A stretch of 64,000 nucleotides of DNA from Octopus sinensis (Eukaryota), in contig NC_043019.1 of the NCBI RefSeq assembly GCF_006345805.1, forward strand, positions 3,472,001-3,536,000, given 5' to 3'. Shown one piece after another: positions 12,526 through 25,504 of the stretch. Below the pieces are notes generated by a model. That model was not told the DNA's origin. It saw only the letters and a list, made by a program, of their open reading frames with translations, and did no database searches. The stretch's first letter is position 1. Every line of letters starts with the position of its first letter. The position numbers and the translations under genes were made by a program.

Positions 12526-12690
12526 GTGACGGTGATGATGATGATGAAGATGATGAAGATGACGATGACAATGACGACGACGATGATGATGATGATGATG
12601 ATGATAAAATCAATAATATCAACAACAGACTCAGCAATAACGATAATAATAATAATAATAATAATAATGATAAGACAGTGTTTGCTCTAC

Positions 12691-12927
12691 CTGGAGAAAC
12701 AAGAAGGTTGTTTTGACCCCTTAACTGATATGTATTGCGTTGTTGGCCTTTTGAATTATTGTTGTCCATCACATCAGTGTAATTGCTGCTGTTGTTGTTG
12801 TTGTTGTTTTGGGGGCGCCATATTTGCATACGGACTGTCCCGGCACGTTTAGTGAAGATTTCCCAACTTGAGATACGACCGCAACATTGGACAGTGTATA
12901 ACGGATCAATAAGAAGATAGCTCTGAC
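12691..12927 (-). CDS. Cadherin-domain gene, exon 2 (unnamed N-terminal domain)
   Basis: Acceptor TTTTTCAG, donor GTAGAG, 237 nt, phase 1-1, open: QSYLLIDPLYTVQCCGRISSWEIFTKRAGTVRMQIWRPQNNNNNNSSNYTDVMDNNNSKGQQRNTYQLRGQNNLLVSP. Confidence 0.8.
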
Positions 12928-12936
12928 CTGAAAAAG

Positions 12937-12988
<52 letters not shown>

Positions 12989-12992
<4 letters not shown>

Positions 12993-13142
12993 TTGCACTA
13001 CTAGGCACTGCACACATCCTACGCAGAACACTTTCAATACAGTAACCATCAGAGCATCACAACAAATCACAGCACATACCCAAGGCACACAGAGCTGCGC
13101 TCGGTAGTGAAGTGAGAGCACGTTATAAAAATAAAACTACTG
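12989..13142 (+). mobile_element. R4/Dong-type extreme 3' end inside (TAA)n
   Basis: KIALLGTAHILRRTLSIQ-stop plus about 100-nt UTR, with (TAA)n on both sides. Confidence 0.8.
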
Positions 13143-13155
13143 AATAATAATAATA

Positions 13156-13233
<78 letters not shown>

Positions 13234-14901
13234 CGGTTGTATACTGTCAACTTAGCGTGACAGTCCCGTAAAGAGAGGGCTCGCACTTTCTATGGTCATT
13301 CAAAACCGTCCAAGGGTGGTCGTGCACATCTTTACATTTCCCCAGTCACCCCGAAAAGCCATCAAAAAATCAATAGAAGTGACTTTTTTGTGAATTTTCT
13401 ATCCAAAACTCAATCAAAATGCCCGAAACTTGATAGGCCAATTGAATGCCAGCTAGCTGTATGTGATTGGTCGGATATTTGGACAGTACTTGCGTGCATT
13501 TGTGCACGCACGCAGCTGTATATGCATGCACTAGCAGTATGACCCGGCGTTGCCAGGTCATATTACTAGTGTCACATAAAAACACATCTACGTTCTATAC
13601 ATTGGTTATGTCACATACGTTGTTTACATAAAATTATGAGATGTTATTGTCTCCACTTCTGGTTTCAGTTGCGATTTATTTTCATTTGCAAGCTATTTGT
13701 TGTTTAATTTCTTGAGACAAACTGATATGACACCACAAATAATTGTTGTTGACAAAGAACCGCAGAAATTGTATTCACCTCCATAGACGTCATTCATTGG
13801 TTGATATTGCCGAAATGCAAGAAATTAAACAACAAATAGCTTACAAACTAAAATTTTCTCAAGAAAGCCAAGAGAAAAAAGATGTTTTATGTAACACATT
13901 CTACCAGTATACGAAGTTTAAAAGTGTTTAGTTACAAAGAAATTATTTTAAAAATCTGCCGGTCAAAGTGAAAAGATCCGAGAATACGCTGATCAATAAA
14001 TCCTTTATTTAAGAGAGTAGAGTGTTATTTGAGAAAGATTTGGTTGCTATCTCTGGTAGATAGAACGACGAATTAGAGTCGCTATTACTTGCTCGTATGT
14101 CTAAACGTCAGAAGAATAGATGAAGAAAATACGGCAGACGATAGTTAGGGCAAGCGATATTTAATGAAATATTGATGAGGAATTTAATATAAACATGAAT
14201 ACTAGCAAGAGAGGTAAAAAAACAAAAATCATAACCTAAAGAATTTTGTGGCAAACAGAAAATAAAAACTGATAAACAGAATCTGAGATAACGAAAGTAA
14301 TAGAGACAACGAATTAGTTTGGAATGAAAGATTTATTAAAAAAGAAAAATAACAAAACACGGACAAAACAAACTATAAAAAAATATTTCTTTTGTACTTC
14401 AGATATTGTACAAAGGCGATATTGATGTCTTGAGAAAAACAAAATTGGTTGAAGCTATTTACAAGAAATCTTTTTCTCGTGGTTACACGTGAATAGAAAA
14501 GCTGGGGAGAGAGATGTGTGTGGCGATGGGTGGGGGCAGTGTGGGGGGTAGTGTGTGGAAGAAAGCGAAAGTAAAGAGAGAGGAATCCTAGATATTTTAT
14601 TCTGATTGTATATTGTTTCTTTATTTTACTATACAACAATCAATATGTATGTATGTATGCGTGTATGTATGTATGTATGTATGTATGTATGTATGTATGT
14701 ATGTATGTATGTATGTATGTATGCATGTATGTATGCATGTATGCATGTATGCATGTATGTGTGCATGCATGCATGTATGTATGTATGTATGTATGTATGT
14801 ATGTATGTATGTATGTATGTATGTATGTATGCATGTATGTATGCATGTATGCATGTATGCATGTATGTGTGCATGCATGCATGTATGTATGTATGTATGT
14901 G

Positions 14902-14936
<35 letters not shown>

Positions 14937-15567
14937 GTATATGTGTGTATGTATGTATGCATGTATGTATGTATGTATGTATGTATATATGTGTGTGTGT
15001 GTATGTATGTATGTATGTATGCATGTATGCATGTATGCATGTATGTATGCATATATGTATGTATGCATGTATGTATGTATGTATGCATGCATGTATGTAT
15101 GTATGTATGTATGTATGCATGCATGTATGTATGTATGTATGCATGCATGGATGTATGTATGTATGTATATATATATATATGTATGTATACATACATACAT
15201 GCATGCATGCATACATACATACATACATACATACATACATAAATACATACATACATACATACATACATGCATGCATACATAGGGTGAAAATCAGCAAACA
15301 TTATCTGCAGAATATGAAGTAAGGGCGGTGAGCTGGCAGAAACGTTAGCACGCCGGGTGAAATGCCTAGCGGTGTTTCGTCTGCCGTTACGTTCTGAGTT
15401 CAAATTCCGCCGAGGTCGACTTTACCTTTCATCCTTTAGGGGTCGATAAATTAAGTACCAGTTACACACTGAGGTCGATGTATGCATGCATGTATGTATG
15501 TATGTACTATCTTTCTGACTGTCTATCAGTCTGTCTAACTTCTGTATGTCCCTCCGTCTGCCTGTCG

Positions 15568-15627
<60 letters not shown>

Positions 15628-15635
15628 TATAGATT

Positions 15636-15713
<78 letters not shown>

Positions 15714-15827
15714 CAGATAGATAGATAGACAGACGACAGACACATACATACATGCATAGATACATACGTACGAACATACATACATACATACATACATACA
15801 TAGAAATCTTATATGTGAGTGTATAAA

Positions 15828-17105
15828 TGTATGTTTCTCGGATGCTTGAAGAAGACAGTAGAATTGACACGAAGCGCAGCCTCTCTTGGACACAAAACTA
15901 CTACATCACATCATACTTTGAAGGTTATGTGTCTGCAATCCTGGAACAGGAGATTGCCACAAAGTACCTGGTGAACAAGAGAGACAGTGACGCTCTTGTA
16001 ATCCCAAGGTGCAACCGCATGAGTAGGCTGTGCCATGTTTCTGTAGCTGTTCTAAAATGTCTTCATGGTACTACTTCCCTATGCAGCACGATGTTGTTGC
16101 TAAAGCAACTTACAATGCTATCCGCAAAAAAGACTATCTTGGGATCTTTTCGGTTTGGACGGCAGTTTTTTCTAGCGGTGTCATATGAAATTGTCACCCA
16201 TAATTATGACCCTAGTATCGACCTATTGCATTTCAATCTGTTTTAGAGTTAAGGTCAATTAGGGTTAGTTAGTGCAAGGGTTAGGGGTGGGGGAAGGGTA
16301 TCTTTTTTTCTTCACAAATGTAAATAAACCCAGTCTGTTTCTTAAACGAGGGACATATTCATACGGCACAGAATGTTTTCACCTCAATAGACGTCATTGA
16401 TTGGTTGAAATTGCAGAAATTTACGAAAAGAAAACAACAACAAATATCTTACAAACTATAAATTTTCTCAATAAAGCCAAGAGAAAAAGATGTTTTATAA
16501 ACACATTCTACCAGTATACGAAGTTTAAAAGTGTTTAGTTACGTGGAAATTATTTTTAAAAACTGCCGTTCAAACCGAAAAGATCCCTATCTTGAAATAA
16601 ACTTAGAAAATCCCTCAATTATAGAGTACATTCATAAACATTAACTCAAGGAATACTGGGGGAATATTCCCATCAAAACCTCTGTCAGATGTAAATATAA
16701 GAGGTCGGATATTGTTGTTTGGGAAAGAGGGGCAAAGGTATGTGCCGTCATAGAGGTCAGCTGCCCTGCAGATATAAATATCTCATTGAAAATCAAAGAA
16801 AAAGATGATATCTATGGACAACTGCTTCGAAACCTCCAGCTTCTATATCCAGGCTATGAATTCATATTTATAGCAATAATAATTGGAGCACTAGGAGGAT
16901 TTGGATAAACTGGGATTTTCAGAAAGAGAAATCGACCGGCTGGTACGTACATTACAAGTGCAATCTGTGAGTGGCACAGTAAAAATATACCAGGCTTTTC
17001 TCAAGTTCCAAATGTGAATTTGTCTGTGTTAACTGCATCCCAAAGATGGAGCCACGTATCTTTGTTGGAAACCGGCTCCTTCCTCAGTGGCAGATTGATA
17101 ATAAT
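15828..17105 (+). mobile_element. R4/Dong-clade LINE 3' fragment (zinc knuckle plus restriction-like endonuclease), interrupted by a MITE
   Basis: FEGYVSAILEQEIATKY, decayed RLC...HDVVAK, KRSDIVVW...VIEVSCP...KEKDDIY and IIIGALG. The frame rejoins across the MITE TSD. Ends in GATAATAAT. Confidence 0.85.
16142..16586 (+). mobile_element. Merlin-like MITE
   Basis: About 29-bp TIRs GGATCTTTTCGGTTTGAACGGCAGTTTTT and 8-bp TSD CTATCTTG. Confidence 0.85.
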
Positions 17106-17351
17106 TAAAAAATAGAAGATACATACATAGAAATATATATTTTGTTGAACTCATTGTTTCAATAAAACACGCACACATGCGTATATACATACACATACAT
17201 GTACTTACACACACATACATATACGAAGTAATGGGGAATAGAGGAGGGTGTGGTAGCTAGAGATATGAAAAGATAGGATGAGATAGACGACATTGAAATG
17301 CACCGAAGACTTCTTATCAGTAGAATATGCTAGAAGTGACGTTTCCCCCTC

Positions 17352-17468
17352 GAATCTGGGACAAGTTTATGAAGAGGTTGTAACAGTTTCTGAATCTGGG
17401 ACAAGTTTATGAAGAGGCTGAAATAGTTTATGAATCTAGGACAAGTTTATGAAGAGGCTGTAACAGAA
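17352..17468 (+). repeat. 40-bp tandem repeat, three units
   Basis: GAATCTGGGACAAGTTTATGAAGAGG at 17352, 17392 and 17432. Confidence 0.9.
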
Positions 17469-17479
17469 CCTGTGAAGTT

Positions 17480-17751
17480 TCATTTTTGTATAACTCTGCT
17501 GTTGAAGCAGGGGAGAAGACTAACCTTACAGACGTTGAAGTCATAGAGGTGATTAAACGTTCAAATGTGACACGTCCGTTGGGGGAAGATGAAATTCGGC
17601 TCGAGATTGTTGAAAGCCTTAAGTAGAGAGGATAATCTTCGGCTGACTCGTGTATGGCATGTGGTTTCGACGTCAGAAAAGATACTAAAGCAATGGCAAT
17701 CCGAGGTGATAATCCCAATTTTTAAAACGAGAGACAAGAGGGAGAGAGAGG

Positions 17752-17820
<69 letters not shown>

Positions 17821-18007
17821 GCAGACAGAAAGACAGAGACAGAGATAGACAGACAGACATATTATAGAGGAATCTCATTGTTGAATCTCCCAGATAAAGT
17901 CTCCGTTAGGTGTCTGGAACGGTGCTAGCGAAATTGTCGAACTCAAGCTTGATGAAGAATAACGTGACTTATGTCCTGGATGCAGCACAACGGACCAGAT
18001 ACACATT
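17480..18007 (+). mobile_element. Decayed RTE (Expander-like) RT fragment split by a (GA)n microsatellite
   Basis: GEDEIRLE, WQSEVIIPIFK, YRGISLLNLPDKV and STTDQI motifs with stops and frameshifts. Confidence 0.75.
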
Positions 18008-18034
18008 ATATGTGTATGTGTGTATGTATGTATG

Positions 18035-18066
<32 letters not shown>

Positions 18067-20048
18067 ATATACAAAATTGGACAAGAACGCAAAGCATCCA
18101 AATACACGATACAAAAAACACGGACGGGTCATTCGAAGCCTTTAATCTTTAGTCAAGGACCGGATCATCCTCGCAATTTCGGCTGGGTGCGTAATATTCT
18201 TTAGTTCTTGTACTTGCTGCAGTCATGTGACTGCGTCCATGTTGGCGCACCTCCTTTAATTGAAGAAATCGACCCTAGACCTGATTCTTTGTAAGACTAG
18301 TACTTTTAATATCGGTCTCTTTTGTCAAACCACCAAGTTACGTGGACGTAAACACACCAACATCGGTTCTCAAGCGATGGTGGGGGGCGGGACAAACACA
18401 AACACAAAGTCTCACGCATAAATATAAACATAAACACACACACTCACACACGCACGCACAAACGCACACTTATAAACGACAGGCTTTTTTCGGTTTCCGT
18501 TTACCAAATCCACTCACAAGGCTTTGGTCGGCTCGAGACTATAGTAGAAGGCATACATGTCCAAGGTGCCACGCAGTGGGACTGAACCCAGAACCATAGG
18601 GCTGGGGAGCAAACTTCCTACCACATAAATATATCTTGTTGGCCTCGTGGTTTTCAATAAAGCACACACACACACACACACACACAACACACACACACAC
18701 ACATATACAACGGTAGAAACATACATAAACATACACACACTCAGACATACACATACATACACACGCGCGCGCGCGCACAGAGGAAGAGATGGAAAAAGAG
18801 AGAAAGATTTGTCCAAATGATTATCTTTTGATAAATATTATCGTGCATTGGTTGTAGTGAGAGTAGAAGTAGTGGTGGTCATGGTTGTGGTGGCGGTAGT
18901 GATGGTTATGGTGAGAGATGGTATTTGTGGTGGTGATGGTGGTGGTGATGGTGGTGATGATGGTGGTGATGGTGAATGGTGGTGGTGGTGATGGTGGTGT
19001 TGGTGTTGGTAGCAGTGTTTACGGGGTGGTGCGTGTGATGGTGGTGGTGATGGTGGTGATGATGATGATGGTGGTGATGGTGATGGTGGTGGTGGTAGTG
19101 ATGGTGGTGGTGGTGATGGTAGCAGTGTTTACAGAGTGGTGTGTGTGATGGTGGTGGTGATGGTTATGCTGGTAGTTGCAGGTTGTAGTGGTGGTGGTGG
19201 TGGTGGCGGCAGTCATAGGAAATGGGGAGCGAGGTGATGGTGGTGATGGTGGTGGTGGCAGTGGTGATTGGTGGCGGTGGTGGTGATGGTGGTGGTGGTG
19301 ATGTTAGTTGTAGTGCTGGCGTTGGTGGCAATGATGGTGGCGGGGGCAGTGGTGATGGTGGTGGTGGGGACGGTCCTGGTCATGGTGATGATAGTGGTGA
19401 TGATAGCGGTGGTGACATTGCTGGAAGCGGTTGTGGCGGTGGTGAAGATGGTGGTGATGATGGTGATGGTGATGGTGATGGTATTGCTGGCGACGGAAGT
19501 AATGGATGCTCAATCGAACGCAATTGTGTTGCTCTCTCTGTTAAGATTGATGAAACGTTTATAAAAAAACAAAATGAAACCTAAGTTTGTTTGTCTCAAT
19601 ATTTCTTCTTATCTTTTACGTTAATCTCACTAAACCAATTAGCCAAAAGAGACAAATGTGAACGCGCGCGTGCGCGCACGTATCAGCTCGTGATAACAAG
19701 CGCGCACGCGTGTGTGTGTGTGTATCCGAGTGTGCGTGCGCGAACGCGATTGTTTACTTAAACGGGGAAAAAATTGCAGTTTCAATAAGTGCATCCGTAC
19801 GAAGCTAGGATCTTGAATAATTGATAAAAACTTCCTCAGCTGTATTAAAATTGTGTGTGCGAGTGTTTTTGATTTATATATTTATGTGTGTGTGTGTAGC
19901 TTGCTTCCCAGTCACATGATTCCGGGTTCCGTCCCACTGTGCGTCCCACCTTGGACAAGTGTCTTGGGCCGCCCAAAGCCTTGTGAGTGGATTTGTAGAC
20001 GGTATATATACATACATATATATATGTAACTCTTTGGAATAACAATGT

Positions 20049-20143
20049 TTGCGGCTGAAGAGAGCTTTAAACCATCTTTTATATCAATTATACACTGATG
20101 TAAGAACGGATTATTTATAAAGCTTGAAACACGTGTACCGCGA
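20049..20143 (+). ncRNA. Type I hammerhead ribozyme (canonical core)
   Basis: Stem I TTGCGG/CCGCGA, core CTGAAGA (20055-20061), stem II GAGCTTTA/TAAAGCTT, GAAA (20126-20129), palindromic stem III ACACGTGT, cleavage triplet GUA (after 20137). Confidence 0.75.
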
Positions 20144-20265
20144 TATCCTTTGTGCTCTGTTTTTAATTTTATTTGATATATATATATTATATATGGGTGG
20201 GTTGTCTTTCTGAGTCTTACTGAGTCTCTGCTACCAAATAAGCAGATGCTGAATAAAAGTTTTAC

Positions 20266-20383
20266 CCTCGGGAACATCGATAAATATTGCCAATGATTTA
20301 TAGAACTGCAATCGCAGAAGTAACGCCGTACAAAGTAACTTGCAGATCATATCACGACTTCGTTTGGAATCATCTGGAATCAT
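20266..20383 (-). CDS. Cadherin-domain gene, first coding exon (signal peptide)
   Basis: ATG at 20383 gives MIPDDSKRSRDMICKLLCTALLLRLQFYKSLAIFIDVPE+G, then donor GTAAAA (phase 1). The hydrophobic Cys/Leu stretch after M12 looks like a signal peptide, and the exon joins in frame to 12927. Confidence 0.65.
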
Positions 20384-20529
20384 TTAGCTTAATTCATCCT
20401 GTTGTCCATTTTGGTGAACAGAATGCAAAAACCTCTTAAATTTCATTAACATACGGATTACCATGCAGTTTACCGCCGAAAAAACGTGTAATTAAATTGT
20501 CCTAAAAAATGGAAGTAATTTACTAGAGA

Positions 20530-20580
20530 ACCCGGAAGTGATTGGGATATGAGCTGATTTTCTTTTATCTGACCACGTGT
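20530..20580. promoter_or_regulatory. Candidate proximal promoter motifs of the cadherin-domain gene
   Basis: ETS motif CCGGAAGT (20532-20539) abuts GATTGG (CCAAT box on the minus strand, 20540-20545). E-box CACGTG at 20574-20579. About 150-200 bp upstream of the ATG. Confidence 0.3.
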
Positions 20581-21629
20581 GGCAAAACAATTTTCGAGAT
20601 ATTCAAAATAAGCAAATAAATAAATAAACTATTTATGAATCTCATTTAGTATTTCAATAGCTGTTGTTTTCCCATAAATGTGATTGTTTTCAGCTTATAT
20701 AAAATATTTGTAGTTTACATGTTATACCAAATATCTACAGTTTTCATGTTATATTAAAATATTGATAATATTTTCCCACTTGATTCACATTTGTAATAAT
20801 TTTTATATTTTACGTTTAATTATTTACTTGCTTAGTAAATATTGCTTTCATAATTTTATCACAATCATAAGCTCTCTTTTCTAAACAAACATCACGGTAG
20901 TCCAACAACAGAAGGAGAAGCAATTTGTCAAGTTTTACTTTTTCTTCAAAGCAACATAGAGATTTCAATTCAGCAGCCCTTCTGTAAGCTTTGCAGTGTA
21001 TGTGGTGTGTGTGTGTGTGTGTGCGTGAGAGAGAGAGAGAAAGAGAAGTAGGAGAGAGAACACTGCAAACAATGAATGAAATAAACATGAAATGAAAATA
21101 GGGCATTACTACAGATGTATACATCCCCGAATTTGTTGCCTCATGACATCCAGAAAAATTGGATACTTTTTAACCAAATTTTCTATAAATACCGCGAAGA
21201 TGTTGTGGCTTTAGAGTATATAGGAATTTAGGAGAGGGAATTTTTCCGTGGGGGTGGAGAGAGGAGTTTCAGAAAATTCACATGATCTGACTTTTCCTCT
21301 CATAACTTTCAGGAAGATGCATATCTGTTAACGAAAATTTATACAAATCCCTTTCAAACGGCATAGATTATAATTATAAAGAAATTTGTGGGGAAATTTT
21401 TTTCAGGGATTTTCCTCATATTTTTAAACCACAGCCTTCGAAATGATGCGGTGGGGTGGGGCATCATTGTTTTGCCTTTTACACCCACTCCCTCATCATC
21501 CCACTCCGGACCTATTTTGGCTTTTTTTGTTTTTGCACCATGGGAACTTCCGTGGTTTATATGTTTGAGCGATCAGAGCTGGCATGGGGTTAAACAACAA
21601 GAAGAAGAACAACAAAAGAGAGTTTCATT

Positions 21630-21826
21630 GCCATTACAACCACCACCACCACCACCACCACTGTCACCGATACCGTCATCTCCACCATTGGATCAACATC
21701 ATCGTCACTACCACCATCGACACCACCACCAACAACAACGCCACCACCACCACCTCACCACCCCCACCCCTATCGACACCACCACCACCATTACTATAAC
21801 CAGTACCATTATCACTCCACCATCAC

Positions 21827-21858
<32 letters not shown>

Positions 21859-22635
21859 CAACACCCCGTCACCACTATCACCATCAATACCACCACCACC
21901 ACCATTACTATAGCCAGTACCATTATCACTCCACCGTCACCACTACCAACACCAACAACAGCAACACCACCACCACCCCACCACCACTACCACCATCGAC
22001 ACCACTAGCACCACCATTACTATAACCAGTACCATTATCACTCTACTGTCACCACCACCACCACCACCACCACCATCGACACCACCACCACCACAACCAA
22101 CACCTCGCCATCACTACCAACATCGATTCCACCACCACCACCACCATCACCACTACCACCACCAACACCACTACCACCGCCACCACCATCAGATCATCAT
22201 CATCGATGCCACCACTACCACCACCAACACCACTACCACCGCCACCACCATCAGATCATCATCATCGATGCCACCACTACCACCACTGGCGGGTGGGAGG
22301 AGGGGAGGCTCAATTCTGATCTATGTGTAACGTGATTTGCTGTCAATAAATAAATGCTACGAGGCCCTCTGCATTCATTTTTCCCGGGGTGCCCCCATAA
22401 CGCTTACCAAGACGGCCTTGACTACCACCTCAGCCACAACCACTACCGAGAATACTGCAACCACCATTCCTACCACTACCACTACCTCTACTACCACCGC
22501 CACACCATTAGCACCACAACCACCATTGCCGCCGCCGCAACTGCTGCTGCTGCTGCTGCTAGCGACTCCGCCATCATTTTATTGTGTGGATGATACAAGA
22601 AAAGCAGATGAAAACATCCCAAGCAGCATCAAACT

Positions 22636-22666
<31 letters not shown>

Positions 22667-22710
22667 CATCATCATCACCGTCATTATAATTATTATCATC
22701 ATCGTCGTCG

Positions 22711-22746
<36 letters not shown>

Positions 22747-22758
22747 ATATCATCGTCG

Positions 22759-22794
<36 letters not shown>

Positions 22795-23490
22795 ATATCA
22801 TCGTCGTCATCATCATCATCATAATCATTATCATCATCACCATCATCATCGTCATCATCATCATCATCGTCATCGTCATCATCATCGTCCTCCTCCTCCT
22901 CCTCATCATCACCATCATCATCGTCATCATCATTATCATCATCATAGTCATCATCATCATCATCGTCATCGTCATCATCATCGTCCTCCTCCTCCTCCTC
23001 CTCCTCATCATCATCATCATCGTCATCATCATCATCATCATCAATAATAACAGCAACAATAACAAGCAAACAACACAAGAACAAGAACTACCCACCCACC
23101 ACTACTACTTCTACCACAGCCACCACCATCACCACCACCACTACAATCACCATTGCTACAACCACCACTGCAACAACAACAACAATCACCACTGTAACAA
23201 CAACAGCAACCACCACCGCCACCACCGCCGCCACCACTACTACCACCACCACCACCACTGCCACCGCCACCATCACTAGCATCACCACCACAACAACCAC
23301 CGCCACCACCACTACCATCACCACAACCACCTCCACTACTACCACCGCCGACGCCACCACTAACACCACTACTACCACCACCATCACCACCACCGCCACC
23401 ACCACTACCACCACCACCACTACTACCACCGCCGCCGCCGCCACCACTGCCACCACCACTACCACTACCACCACCACCACCACCACCCGA
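21630..23490. repeat. Compound (CAC/CAT/CGT/CCT)n block with local higher-order duplications
   Basis: Direct inspection. Similar blocks at 1-220, 12235-12670, 18850-19490 and 39900-40120. Confidence 0.95.
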
Positions 23491-24184
23491 GTCTCTCCGC
23501 TGACAACAAAGAAGCAGTAAAAAAAGAGCCAACGGAAGCAATAATTCTACCAAACCAGACATTTTAGTAACAATGAAAGAAGAAGAAGGAATTGTTTGTG
23601 GAGATGAAGAAGTTCAATAGTTGAGGTAAATGTAGTTGGAGGATGATGAGGTGGGGTGGTGGGGTGGATTTATGTAGAAGGATAGAGTCGGGGGTGGGGG
23701 ATAGAGATTCGGTGGCGGAGCGGGTGGGGGGTGGCATTTAATTAAATGAAAAGACGCTCTGAGAATGAGTTAAAGAGGTCAAGATCTAGGTCGTAGCCAA
23801 GATTAATCAATGCTTCCATAAAGGAAATCATACGAGTTAGCTTTTAACCTTCTTTTACGAGCTTCAGTTATTCGGAGGCGGCCATGCTGGGGCACCACCT
23901 TGTTTGCCATCACCCCTTCCTTCCTTATTCATCTATCACCCTTTCCTTCTTTATTCGTTCATCACCCCTTCCTTTCTCATTCGTATGTCGTGACGGAGAA
24001 AACCACAAGAATATTCCTATAGTAGATAGGGTGAACGACTACGTATAAGTTCCCAGTAAGGTTAAACAAAAACAAAAAGAAAAGGAAAAAAAAGTAGGCG
24101 TGGTTGCTTTAACACCATAGTGAGACTATGTCTCGAATGGAAAGTATTAGTTGTTTCAAGTGTTTCATCTGAAATAAATCTAAA

Positions 24185-24554
24185 CTAGCAGTATGACCCG
24201 GCAACGCCGGGTCATAGTGCTAGTGCATGCATATACAGCTGCGTGCGTGGGCACATGCACGCGAGGACTGTCCAAATCTCCGACCAATCACATACAGCTC
24301 GCTGGCATTCAATTGGCGTATCAAGTTTCGGGCATTTTGATTGGATTTTGGTTAGAAAATTCATAAAAATGTCACTTCTATTGATTTTTTTTAATGGCTT
24401 TGCGAGGTGACTGGGCAAATGTAAAGATATGCACGACCACCCTTGGACGGTTTTGAATGACCATAGAAAGTGCGAGTCCTCTAACTGAAAAATTGTTGAT
24501 TTGTATAAAGGACACACACACAGACAGAGATTTTGCCGTTTATATATATAGAGA
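24185..24554 (-). mobile_element. Non-autonomous Helitron, family 2
   Basis: 5' TCTCTATATATATAAAC, 3' long hairpin ending CTAG, inserted between A and T. Other copies at 48549-48935 (-) and 13278-13569 (+, 5'-truncated). Confidence 0.85.
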
Positions 24555-25093
24555 TTATTGAACAAGGCTATTGGTGCTTACGACTGGTGTTGTCAACTCT
24601 CTCGGAATAGTTAGATGGAGTTTCTTCACCCACGAAACGATACTTCTGACTGGAGCCCGAGGTGCAGAGGATTCCATCTGAAAATATAAAATAAATAAAT
24701 AGGCAGATGCATACAAATACTCTCTCTCTCTCTCACACACACACACAAATAAATACATGTATACATGCGTTCACATTTGAAACTCGGAGTACCAAGGTGT
24801 CTGAATCAAACTGTTTTGATCTATACATGTAACTTACAACAAATGTGTTGTTCCCTTCTTTCGTTTGCCTATTCACTCGTATATATATATATAATCAAAA
24901 TAAGCAACAAGAATGACTCCGGTAATCTGGTACGATCGTTTCGTACTACATCATTTTATTAAATGTTGTAAGTATTACAACAGTTTTAAAATGCTGAGCA
25001 CTCATCAGAATTCTGGTGCATCTAGATTAAGTACCATATTCATTTGAATCTAAATTTTTGCTGAACTTATATATATATATATATATATGTATA

Positions 25094-25260
25094 AATTAAT
25101 CAAAGGACATACTAAGTATGTCCACCTGCTTGAAATAACAGTCAAAACTCTTATTAAATCGCCAAAAATACACTGCTGAAAACTACAGAAATCAAATGAA
25201 GGCAAAATTTGACTATTATTTCAAGCAGGTAGACATACTTAGTATGTTCTTTGATTAATT
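25094..25260. repeat. Foldback with about 54-bp arms
   Basis: 25094-25147 versus 25208-25260 are inverted. The arm layout (hairpin then ACCTGCTTGAAATAACAGTC) resembles the 8311 family. Confidence 0.8.
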
Positions 25261-25382
25261 CTAATCCCTCGGCTATTTAATGCTACTTTTTGGCCGGCTA
25301 TCGCCTGTGTCATTGATTCTGTTATTATCATTTTAAAAATAGTTACATTTGATAATAATAGAATTAATGACACCTTCGTAAA

Positions 25383-25444
<62 letters not shown>

Positions 25445-25504
25445 TATATATGCATGTACTATGTATATATGAATGTATGTATGTATGTATGTATGTATGT
25501 ATGT

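Noticed and set aside
20828-20985. Possible upstream exon of the cadherin-domain gene (AG...GTAAAT on the minus strand)
   Set aside because: It cannot be joined in frame to the ATG exon. It might be a 5' UTR exon but is unsupported without transcripts.
22337-23562. Long poly-His, poly-Ile, poly-Asp, poly-Met and poly-Gly ORFs in several frames
   Set aside because: Translations of stop-free trinucleotide microsatellites, open on both strands, with no splice signals or complex sequence.
24928-24955. GAAACGATCGTA palindromic stem-III-like motif on the minus strand (also about 26277-26292, and on the plus strand at about 1571-1582)
   Set aside because: No recognisable CUGANGA core or stem I in these copies.
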